NCBI GenBank assembly: GCA_963762565.1
Contig: CAVXLD010000001.1
Span: forward strand, 224,001 to 288,000
DNA length: 64,000 nt
Source: an uncultured Verrucomicrobiae bacterium
GTDB lineage: Bacteria > Verrucomicrobiota > Verrucomicrobiia > Chthoniobacterales > JAFAMB01
Direction of reading: 5' to 3'
The notes beneath the pieces were generated by a model. It was not told where the DNA came from, searched no databases, and saw only the letters and a program-made list of their open reading frames with translations. Below are positions 56,582 through 64,000 of this stretch, one piece after another. How positions within the stretch are numbered: position 1 is the first letter of the stretch; the number at the start of each line of letters is the position of its first letter. Position numbers and translations under genes: made by a program.

Positions 56582-58564
56582 ATGAAACTTGCTGGAATTA
56601 AATGGTTTGCCTTAGTGGCAATCCTACTAGCAGTTTTCCCGGCTCTCGCGGCCGATGTTCTTACATTTCATAATGACCCAGGCCGGACCGGACTCAACGA
56701 TCACGAAACGATATTGAATCCGACTAACGTCAACGCAGACAATTTCGGTCTACTGTTCAACCTTCCGGTTGATGGCTGGGTTGATGCGCAACCCCTCTAT
56801 ATCTCAAGCGTCTCCATGCGAGGAGCGGGACGCAAGAATGTAGTGCTCGTAGCTACCGAGCACGATTCGGTTTACGCTTTTGATGCCGACACAGGCACAC
56901 TTTGCTGGCAGGTCAGTCTGCTGGCAGGGAATGAAGTTCCGTCCGACAAGCGGGGTTGCGGAGAGATAACCCCGGAGATCGGCATCACCGCGACACCGGT
57001 GATTACACGGGAATCCGACAATCCGGGAACGGTTTACCTGGAAGCAATGAGCAAAACCGCCGGCAAAAAGTCGGCCGTTTATCACCAGCGTTTGCATGCG
57101 TTATCCCTAGCCGATGGCTCGGAACTAGCCGGTAGCCCGATAGAGATCCGAGCTTCGTTTCCTGGAAAAGGTCCGGGAAATGACGACGAAGGGCATGTCA
57201 TTTTTGATCCGGCCGATTACAAGGAAAGGGCCGCTCTCCTGCTGCACAACAATGTTATCTATACCGCCTGGGCCTCACATTGCGATATCGCCCCGTATAC
57301 TGGGTGGATAATCGGCTATCGCGTGAACGGTTTGGGCCGCGTAGTGGTTCTCAACGTCGACCCAAATGGCCATCCCACGAGTAAATTTCTTCCCGACGGA
57401 TCCGGCAGCTCCTTCTCGGGCAGCGGCGCCGGATTATCTGCTGATAATAATGGATTTATATACGGTCTGACTGGGAGCGGGCCGTTCGGGGAGCCATCGC
57501 CCAATGGCTTCCCTAAAAACGACGACTACGGAGATACCTTTGTAAAACTATCAGACTGGCGCCTAAAGGTGATCGACTATTTCACGCCTTACAACCAAGC
57601 CGAGCAAGTGGCCGGTGACACCGCGTTGGGTTCGGGCGGCACGTTAATCTTACCGGACATGGTCACAGCATCGGGCGAGATTGTCCGTCTAGCGGTCGGT
57701 GCGGGAGGAGACGGGAATATCTATGTGGTCAACCGAGATCGCATGGGAAAGATCAATCTCAAAACCTATGATAACAGCAATGTTTACCAAGAGATCCAGC
57801 ACGCTTTAGGAGGCAGCGTATTTGGAAGTCCTGCCTACTTTAACGGTTATCTCTTTTATGGAGCGGTTAACGCAACCCTCAGACAGTTCACTTTTCATGC
57901 CGGACTATTGAGCATCAACGCCACTTCGGCCACCGCCAACACCTTCAATTATCGCGGAACTACTCCCAGCGTCTCGTCAGCCGGCAACGAATCTGGAATC
58001 GTCTGGGCTTACGAGAACGCTTCTTCCGGGGATGCGGTATTGCACGCCTACAACGCGCTGGATCTAACTCAAGAGTTGTATAACAGCGCCCAGGCGCCTA
58101 ATAAGCGGGACGCATTGGGCGCAGCTAACAAATTCATCGTGCCGACGATTTGCAACGGAAAGGTGTTTGTTGCCACCACAAATTCGGTAGGAGTGTTTGG
58201 CTTGTTAGCCGCGAAAGGGCCTCACGATGTTACCCAGTGGATGAAGGTCGACCGTGAAGAGGACCCTGCTGATCGGGAAGACGACAATATTCCTGTAAAG
58301 ATTTCGGTGACTAACATCGGGACTGAGACAATAACGGGCCCGGTCTCGCTAGTGTTCGACGACCTAAATCCAGAATCATATGTTTTGGACCCGGATGGTT
58401 CCACCACCGTGGCGGCGCCAACTGGAAGTTTTTACATCAACTTCACTCCTTCGAGCGGCGAGCTCGTGAAAGACCAAACCGAAACCAGAATCGTTAGGTT
58501 CCGTTCCGGAACCGAAACCGTTCGGTACCGCCCGCGTGTTCTGGCGGGAGTGGGAATCCGGTGA
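56582..58564 (+). CDS. Secreted PQQ-like beta-propeller protein with C-terminal Ig-like domain, paralogue 1
   Basis: Signal peptide; DVLTFHND..RTG, VDG.VDAQPLY, ATEHDSVYAFDAD, EIGITATPVI, KFIVPTI.NGKV. Confidence 0.75.
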   Translation: MKLAGIKWFALVAILLAVFPALAADVLTFHNDPGRTGLNDHETILNPTNVNADNFGLLFNLPVDGWVDAQPLYISSVSMRGAGRKNVVLVATEHDSVYAFDADTGTLCWQVSLLAGNEVPSDKRGCGEITPEIGITATPVITRESDNPGTVYLEAMSKTAGKKSAVYHQRLHALSLADGSELAGSPIEIRASFPGKGPGNDDEGHVIFDPADYKERAALLLHNNVIYTAWASHCDIAPYTGWIIGYRVNGLGRVVVLNVDPNGHPTSKFLPDGSGSSFSGSGAGLSADNNGFIYGLTGSGPFGEPSPNGFPKNDDYGDTFVKLSDWRLKVIDYFTPYNQAEQVAGDTALGSGGTLILPDMVTASGEIVRLAVGAGGDGNIYVVNRDRMGKINLKTYDNSNVYQEIQHALGGSVFGSPAYFNGYLFYGAVNATLRQFTFHAGLLSINATSATANTFNYRGTTPSVSSAGNESGIVWAYENASSGDAVLHAYNALDLTQELYNSAQAPNKRDALGAANKFIVPTICNGKVFVATTNSVGVFGLLAAKGPHDVTQWMKVDREEDPADREDDNIPVKISVTNIGTETITGPVSLVFDDLNPESYVLDPDGSTTVAAPTGSFYINFTPSSGELVKDQTETRIVRFRSGTETVRYRPRVLAGVGIR

Positions 58565-58596
58565 GGGCTACATAGGTCACAGAGAAAACAGACAAT

Positions 58597-59019
58597 TTAA
58601 CAGGAAGGCCACTAAGGCCGCAAAGACGGACTGCCTCAATCCGGCACTCCCCTTTGCGGCCTTTCTGTTTATTTTTCCTTTCTTTCAGTCAGATCAATGT
58701 CCTCGACCGAAGTAGCTAAAAGGGGCGAAGTCTGTTCTCTAGGCAAAATCTGGAAGGATCGCAAGATTGGTGAGGCGAGGCTCCCGGAGACACGACTTGG
58801 TCCAGGGATGAACTCCGCCAGCCGCGAGGATAGCTGAGCACCGCCGAAAACTGCCAAGCTAGCTTGCCGACGGCGTGCCCCCCAACTCTGATATGCAAAA
58901 GAAAGTCCGCTCCAGCCCGATCGTTTGGTGAGCACGCCAGACCGGCTCAAACCCTGATACACATGCTCGCCGGCATTGCGGCGCAACGCGCCTTAGGGTC
59001 TCGTCCCATAAGTAACATG
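58597..59019. repeat. Mixed degenerate repeats between the paralogues: short IR, partial family D, and a family B-like terminal end
   Basis: aaggccgcaaag/ctttgcggcctt; ttggtgaggcgaggctcccgg at 58767; tagggtctcgtcccataagtaacatg at 58994-59019 resembles the family B TIR. Confidence 0.55.
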
Positions 59020-59136
59020 CGCTGCGCTGCGATCAAAGTGGGCAGCAATTGCCTTTTTTGTGTTCGATTTTGGAGAACGAACTGCGGTAAAACTTGGTTT
59101 ACCTTCCCACCTCAGAAATCTCACAGGACGAACTCC

Positions 59137-61110
59137 ATGAACTCCAAGTGCCTTGCCTTGGCAGCGGTCCTACTGGCCGCTTCTCCGGTTCTCGCGACCG
59201 ATGTTCTTACGTTCCACAATAACCCGGCCCGGACCGGACTTAACAATCAAGAGACCATCTTGAACCTTAGCAATGTCAACCAAGACGATTTCGGTTTGCT
59301 GTTCAACTTGCCTGTCGATGGAAAGGTTGATGCTCAGCCGCTTTACGTGTCGAGCATCCAGGTCAAGGGTGTTGGACGCAAGAATGTCGTGATCGTCGCT
59401 ACCGAACATGATTCGGTTTATGCATTCGACGCCGATTCCGGCACTCTTTATTGGCAGGTGAGTCTGCTGGTGGGGAGTGAGGTCCCATCAGATAACCGAG
59501 GATGTAATCAAGTAACCCCGGAAATCGGAATCACGGCCACGCCGGTGATCATCCGCGAAGCCGGTAATCCCGGGACGATCTATCTCGTGGCGATGAGCAA
59601 GGCCACCGGCAAGAAAACCACCGTTTATCATCAACGGTTGCATGCACTATTTCTGACGGACGGCTCGGAGATCGCAGGCAGCCCGGTAGAGGTCGAGGCA
59701 TCGTTCCCGGGAAAAGGTCCGGGCAACGACGGCGCCGGGCACGTAATTTTTAACCCGGCGGATTACAAAGAGAGAGCTGCTTTACTACTGCATAACAACG
59801 TCATTTACACGGGCTGGGCATCACACTGCGACAATCCGCCCTACACCGGGTGGATTATCGGTTACCACGTTAGTTCGCTAGCGCGGGTACAGGTTCTCAA
59901 CGTTGATCCGAATGGCCGACCTACCAGCAAGTTTCTTCCTGACGGATCCGGCAACTCTTTCTGGGGCAGCGGCGCCGGATTATCTGCCGACAATAACGGC
60001 TTTTTGTACGCGCTCACCGCAAACGGTCCCTTCGGAGAGCCGTCAACCGACGGGTTCCCCAAGAATGGCGATTATGGCGATACCTTTCTCAAACTTTCCT
60101 CCAGCGAACTGAAAGTTGAGGATTATTTCACCCCCTACAACCAAGCCACGGAAGCAGTCAACGATGACGACCTGGGTTCCGGCGGCACTCTAATCCTGCC
60201 AAACATGACCACCGCAGGAGGCGAGACCGTGCATCTGGCGGTCGGCGCAGGAAAGGACGGGAATATCTATATCGTTAACCGAAATGAAATGGGGAAGATT
60301 AATCTAAAGACTTCTGATAACAGCAATGTTTACCAAGAGGTTCAGAGCCCGTTAGGTGGCGCTGTCTTTGGGAGTCCAGCCTATTTTCACGGTTACCTCT
60401 TTTTCGGAGCGGTCAGCGCGAGCCTCAGACAATTTACTTTTAATAACGGGTTGTTAAGCACCAACCCTACATCGGCTACCCTGGGCACCTTTGGATATCC
60501 CGGAACCACACCAAGCGTCTCATCGTCCGGTAGCGAGTCTGGAATCGTCTGGGCTTACGAAAATGCGTCCTCCGGGGACGCTGTACTACATGCCTACAAT
60601 GCGGTTGATCTAACTCAAGAGCTGTATAATACCACGCAGGCTCCTAATAAACGCGACGCGTTCGGCGCTGGGAACAAGTTCATCGTTCCGACCATTTGCA
60701 ACGGAAAGGTATTCGCTGCGACGACAAATTCGGTCGGGGTGTTCGGCCTGTTAGTCGTCAAAGCGGCTCAGAATGTGACTCAATGGGTGAAGGTGGATCG
60801 ACAAGAGGATCCTGCCGATAGAGAAGACGACAATATTGCGATAAAAATTTCGCTGACCAACACGGGGACCGAGACAATAACCGGCCCTATCTCGCTCGTG
60901 TTTGATGATCTAAATCCAGAGTCCTACGTTTTGGGCCCGGATGGTTCGACCACCACGGTAGCGCCGACTGGAAGTTTTTATGTGAATTTCACTCCCTCAA
61001 CTGGTGAGCTCGTGAAGGACCAAACCGAAACCCGTGTTGTCAGGTTCCGTTCGGCAACGGAAACGGTCCAGTACCGCCCGCGTATTCTGGCAGGAGCGGG
61101 AATTCGATAA
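59137..61110 (+). CDS. Secreted PQQ-like beta-propeller protein with C-terminal Ig-like domain, paralogue 2
   Basis: Colinear with and highly similar to 56582-58564; start at MNSKCLA. Confidence 0.75.
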   Translation: MNSKCLALAAVLLAASPVLATDVLTFHNNPARTGLNNQETILNLSNVNQDDFGLLFNLPVDGKVDAQPLYVSSIQVKGVGRKNVVIVATEHDSVYAFDADSGTLYWQVSLLVGSEVPSDNRGCNQVTPEIGITATPVIIREAGNPGTIYLVAMSKATGKKTTVYHQRLHALFLTDGSEIAGSPVEVEASFPGKGPGNDGAGHVIFNPADYKERAALLLHNNVIYTGWASHCDNPPYTGWIIGYHVSSLARVQVLNVDPNGRPTSKFLPDGSGNSFWGSGAGLSADNNGFLYALTANGPFGEPSTDGFPKNGDYGDTFLKLSSSELKVEDYFTPYNQATEAVNDDDLGSGGTLILPNMTTAGGETVHLAVGAGKDGNIYIVNRNEMGKINLKTSDNSNVYQEVQSPLGGAVFGSPAYFHGYLFFGAVSASLRQFTFNNGLLSTNPTSATLGTFGYPGTTPSVSSSGSESGIVWAYENASSGDAVLHAYNAVDLTQELYNTTQAPNKRDAFGAGNKFIVPTICNGKVFAATTNSVGVFGLLVVKAAQNVTQWVKVDRQEDPADREDDNIAIKISLTNTGTETITGPISLVFDDLNPESYVLGPDGSTTTVAPTGSFYVNFTPSTGELVKDQTETRVVRFRSATETVQYRPRILAGAGIR

Positions 61111-61117
61111 AACAGAT

Positions 61118-61359
61118 GGATTTCACCACAAAGGCACAAAGGACACGAAGATTGGGACTACAAGACAGATTTTGGTTTCAAACTTGTGAAGTTTGTACTC
61201 TTTCTTCGCTAATCTTTTGCCCACACCTGCGACGCGCGGATTCTTTGGACAGGCCCTGAGCAATCCAACCCGTGCGATTGAGGAGCGGCTTTGCTTTCAA
61301 AGCTTCGTGCTCTTTGTGCCTTGTGGTGAAATTCCTCTGTGTCTCTGTGGTGAAAATCC
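61118..61359. repeat. Family G palindrome, copy 2, with a duplicated right end
   Basis: atttcaccacaaaggcacaaaggacacgaag ... cttcgtgctctttgtgccttgtggtgaaat, then ctctgtgtctctgtggtgaaaat. Confidence 0.82.
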
Positions 61360-61360
61360 G

Positions 61361-61765
61361 CTAATAAGAGACTACGCGCGGCAACTTCTTTGCTTCGCCG
61401 ACCCAATTAGTGATGCTGGTTAAATTGGGGACAATATGGACCTGGCGTTTTGTTTCGTTCGAGGTCTTGAGTGTCTCATGCAGATGGTCCGGCTTACGCT
61501 GCGCCAATTCCTTAACCGAATCGACTCCGGATGCCTGTAGCAGCTCGGCGTATTGTCGCCCCACTCCTTTGATCCGAAACAGATCGGCCTGGTTTACCCA
61601 CTTTAACAAGTGGTGCTCGTGAAAACCGGTCTTGGTGCAGAGTTCCTTCCTTCCTTTCGGAGTCGCTCCTGCCTTCAATAGGTGCTCGACGGTGGTAACT
61701 CCGACTTCAGCGAATTTCTTCGCATGCGATGGGCCAATGCCTTCGATTGTGTTGATGTGACTCAT
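61361..61765 (-). CDS. DUF4332 domain (helix-hairpin-helix) protein
   Basis: IEGIGP, GATPKGR, W.NQADLFRIKGVG.QYAELL..SGVD. Confidence 0.85.
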   Translation of the reverse strand: MSHINTIEGIGPSHAKKFAEVGVTTVEHLLKAGATPKGRKELCTKTGFHEHHLLKWVNQADLFRIKGVGRQYAELLQASGVDSVKELAQRKPDHLHETLKTSNETKRQVHIVPNLTSITNWVGEAKKLPRVVSY

Positions 61766-61849
61766 GTTCCAGGGATAGGTTACGATTTTGCCACATTTGC
61801 CTCGTCGAATTCCAGCCCAATTTTTTGAGACGTTGGGAACCTTGATAAA

Positions 61850-62215
61850 GCCGGCAGCGCCGGGAACGTGTCTGGAGGGGAGCCGCTTTGGGGTGTGGTG
61901 TAGAGATCTCCCGACTTTCTTTCCAGCGTCGTTGCGACCAAAACACATCTTAAAGAGGCGGCTCCCGGGAATTACCCAGCGTATTGCTTTTATCCGGCGC
62001 TTCTACTGGCCAAGCGGATTGAATTCATATTCTTACGGTAGAGCTACAAAGCGCTGGGCGATTCGCGGGAGCCGCCTGTTTAAAAAGCGTTTTGGTCCCA
62101 CTCGCGCCGGGAAGAATCTCGGCAGGTTTTCGGGGACGCACCAAAGCGGCTCCCCTCCAAGGGCATTCCCCATCGTTTCCGGCGTTGTCGGCGATCCCGG
62201 CGTTGTCGGCGTTGA
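61850..62215. repeat. Family C doublet, copy 5 (61874-62158), with flanking 9-mer arrays
   Basis: Conserved C blocks; ccggcgttgtcggcgatcccggcgttgtcggcgttga downstream. Confidence 0.87.
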
Positions 62216-62242
62216 TTTTCAGGCTAGCTTAACCCACGATTC

Positions 62243-63772
62243 ATGAAGATTAAGCGCGCCCTCTTATCCGTTTCAGACAAGACAGGGATCGCAGAGTTCG
62301 CCAGACACCTAAACGAACTAGGGGTAGAAATCATTTCGACCGGCGGCACCGCAGCCCTACTTAAAAGCGAATCGATCCCCGTTATGGAAATCGAGAAGTT
62401 TACCGGGTTCCCGGAGATCCTCGGCGGCCGAGTCAAGACGTTGCATCCGAAGGTTCACGGCGGTCTGCTTTACGTTCGCACAGATCCAGTCCATCAAGAG
62501 CAACTGTCAAAGAATGCCATTCAGCCGATCGATTTGGTCGCTGTGAATCTCTATCCATTCGAGCAGACGATCAGAAAACCCGACATCAAGCTGGAAGATG
62601 CTATCGAGCAGATCGACATTGGCGGCCCCTCGATGCTGCGCAGCGCGGCAAAGAATTATCGATTCGTAACCACCATCAGCGATCCGCAGGATTATGAAAC
62701 CGTTCTAAAAGAGCTCGAGGAACACGGAGGGGAAACGACGCTCGCATTGAGAGAGCAACTCGCGATCAAGGTATTCCTACTCACAGCTCGTTACGATAGT
62801 TCGATCGCCACCTACCTTAACCAGGAACAGGCTACGTCCGGTTCTTATGCAGTCTCGCTACCACTAGAGATGCGGCTACGTTACGGAGAGAACCCGCATC
62901 AAAGCGCCTCCCTTTATGGCCGGTTCAGCGATTTCTTCCAAAAACTTCACGGTAAGGAGCTCTCGTTTAACAATATCCTAGACATCAACGCCGCGGCTAA
63001 TCTCATCCGCGAATTCTCTGAGCCTACGGTTGCCATCTTGAAACACACCAATCCGTGTGGTGTGGGCAGCGATCCCGATTTGCGCGAGGCATGGGTCAAG
63101 GCTTTTGCGACGGACAAACAGGCGCCATTTGGCGGGATCATCATCTGCAACCGGCCGATGACGGAACCATTAGCCAGAGCCATAGCTGAAATCTTTAGCG
63201 AAGTCATCATTGCTCCTGACTTTGAGCCGGAGGCAAGAGCGCTCTTACAGAAAAAGAAGAACCTGCGGCTGATGAAATCGCTCGAGTGGTTCAACTCAAC
63301 TCGGCAAGAACCGGATGTCCGTTCGGTCATTGGCGGCGTGTTGGTGCAACAGAAGGATTTTACTGCTTTACCGCGTCCCGAGGACCACGTGGTCACGAAA
63401 CGACCGCCCACCGCCGATGAAATGGCAGCGATGCTCTTCGGATGGAAAGTCGTAAAACATGTTAAATCGAATGCCATCGTTTACGCGCGCAAGGATCGGA
63501 CGCTCGGGATCGGAGCGGGGCAGATGGCTCGGGTTGACTCCTCTCGGATCGCGGCTTGGAAAGCGGGCGAAGCCGGCCTGTCGCTTGCAGGAAGCGCCGT
63601 TGCCAGTGATGCTTTCTTTCCGTTTCCGGACGGCCTGGTTGCGGCTGCGGATGCCGGGGCTACGGCTGCCATCCAGCCGGGAGGTTCCGTCCGCGACGAA
63701 GCTGTGATTCAAGCAGCCGACGAACATAATCTGGCTATGGTCTTCACCGGAATTCGAAATTTCCGACACTAA
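62243..63772 (+). CDS. purH: Bifunctional AICAR transformylase / IMP cyclohydrolase
   Basis: [58 protein letters not shown]. Confidence 0.97.
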   Translation: MKIKRALLSVSDKTGIAEFARHLNELGVEIISTGGTAALLKSESIPVMEIEKFTGFPEILGGRVKTLHPKVHGGLLYVRTDPVHQEQLSKNAIQPIDLVAVNLYPFEQTIRKPDIKLEDAIEQIDIGGPSMLRSAAKNYRFVTTISDPQDYETVLKELEEHGGETTLALREQLAIKVFLLTARYDSSIATYLNQEQATSGSYAVSLPLEMRLRYGENPHQSASLYGRFSDFFQKLHGKELSFNNILDINAAANLIREFSEPTVAILKHTNPCGVGSDPDLREAWVKAFATDKQAPFGGIIICNRPMTEPLARAIAEIFSEVIIAPDFEPEARALLQKKKNLRLMKSLEWFNSTRQEPDVRSVIGGVLVQQKDFTALPRPEDHVVTKRPPTADEMAAMLFGWKVVKHVKSNAIVYARKDRTLGIGAGQMARVDSSRIAAWKAGEAGLSLAGSAVASDAFFPFPDGLVAAADAGATAAIQPGGSVRDEAVIQAADEHNLAMVFTGIRNFRH

Positions 63773-63774
63773 CC

Positions 63775-63925
63775 AACGCCGTGATCGCCGACATCGCCGT
63801 CAACGCCGTGAACGGAATCTGGAGACACTGGGTTAACAGACTGCGCTTGGTTCCTGCATGCGCCGGCGGGTAGCGCTATCGGATACTTCTCACCTCTCAC
63901 GAATCACTTCTCACTTCTCACGTCT
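63775..63925. repeat. 9-mer tandem (aacgccgtg type) and heptamer tandem (tcacttc type)
   Basis: aacgccgtg atcgccgac atcgccgtc aacgccgtg aacgg ... cttctcacctctcacgaatcacttctcacttctcacgtct. Confidence 0.8.
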
Positions 63926-63933
63926 AAGTCAGT

Positions 63934-64000
63934 ATGCCAAAACTTGGTGTTAATATTGATCACGTCGCCACCCTGAGACAGGCTCGTTACTTGGGGTTGC
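63934..64000 (+). CDS. pdxJ: Pyridoxine 5'-phosphate synthase, 5' end (runs off the window)
   Basis: MPKLGVNIDHVATLRQAR is the characteristic PdxJ N-terminus. Confidence 0.9.
   Translation, partial: MPKLGVNIDHVATLRQARYLGL

Noticed and set aside
58864..59136. 91-aa N-terminal extension of the second beta-propeller ORF
   Set aside because: Runs through degenerate repeats; the paralogue and the signal peptide indicate a start at 59137
3974..62158. Family C/D conserved blocks with variable interiors read as CRISPR-like repeat-spacer units
   Set aside because: Blocks are inverted and dispersed, not tandem direct repeats, and family C loops are related to each other
61766..62246. ORFs 61788..62246 and the N-terminal extension of 61361..61948
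   Set aside because: Read-through of the GC-rich family C palindrome; similar pseudo-peptides (EGSRF, GSRL) recur at other C copies

Overview
Core-genome segment of a bacterium, most likely Verrucomicrobiota (inferred from the long-form IspG, a TGTTC-N4-GAACA LexA box and gene content; Chthoniobacterales-like is a guess). It holds about 50 CDS: an aliphatic-sulfonate-type ABC operon, a sugar ABC/oxidoreductase/ThuA operon, tsaD-ctpA, tig-clpP-clpX, ispD, cdsA-dxr-rseP-ispG, opgG/D, smc, serS, purH, the 5' end of pdxJ, and several uncharacterised secreted paralogues. I found no rRNA, tRNA, CRISPR array or transposase. The striking feature is non-coding. Many gene junctions, including ones inside operons, are filled by one of about 10 families of palindromic elements: a 290-bp MITE, GTAG/GGAG/GTGG-capped REP/REPIN-like doublets with expanded loops, and inverted arrays of 7-, 8-, 9- and 10-mer tandem repeats. 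These elements nest inside each other, carry matching substitutions in both arms, supply the stop codons or C-termini of at least six genes, and sit in frame inside ispG and the sulfonate ABC ATPase. Also notable: tandem NrdR-like boxes upstream of smc, an SOS box before a PA0069/SplB-like radical SAM gene, and a repeat-bracketed accessory patch with a Uma2 nuclease and an orphan HipA-N fragment. All repeat boundaries were read by eye and may be off by a few bases.
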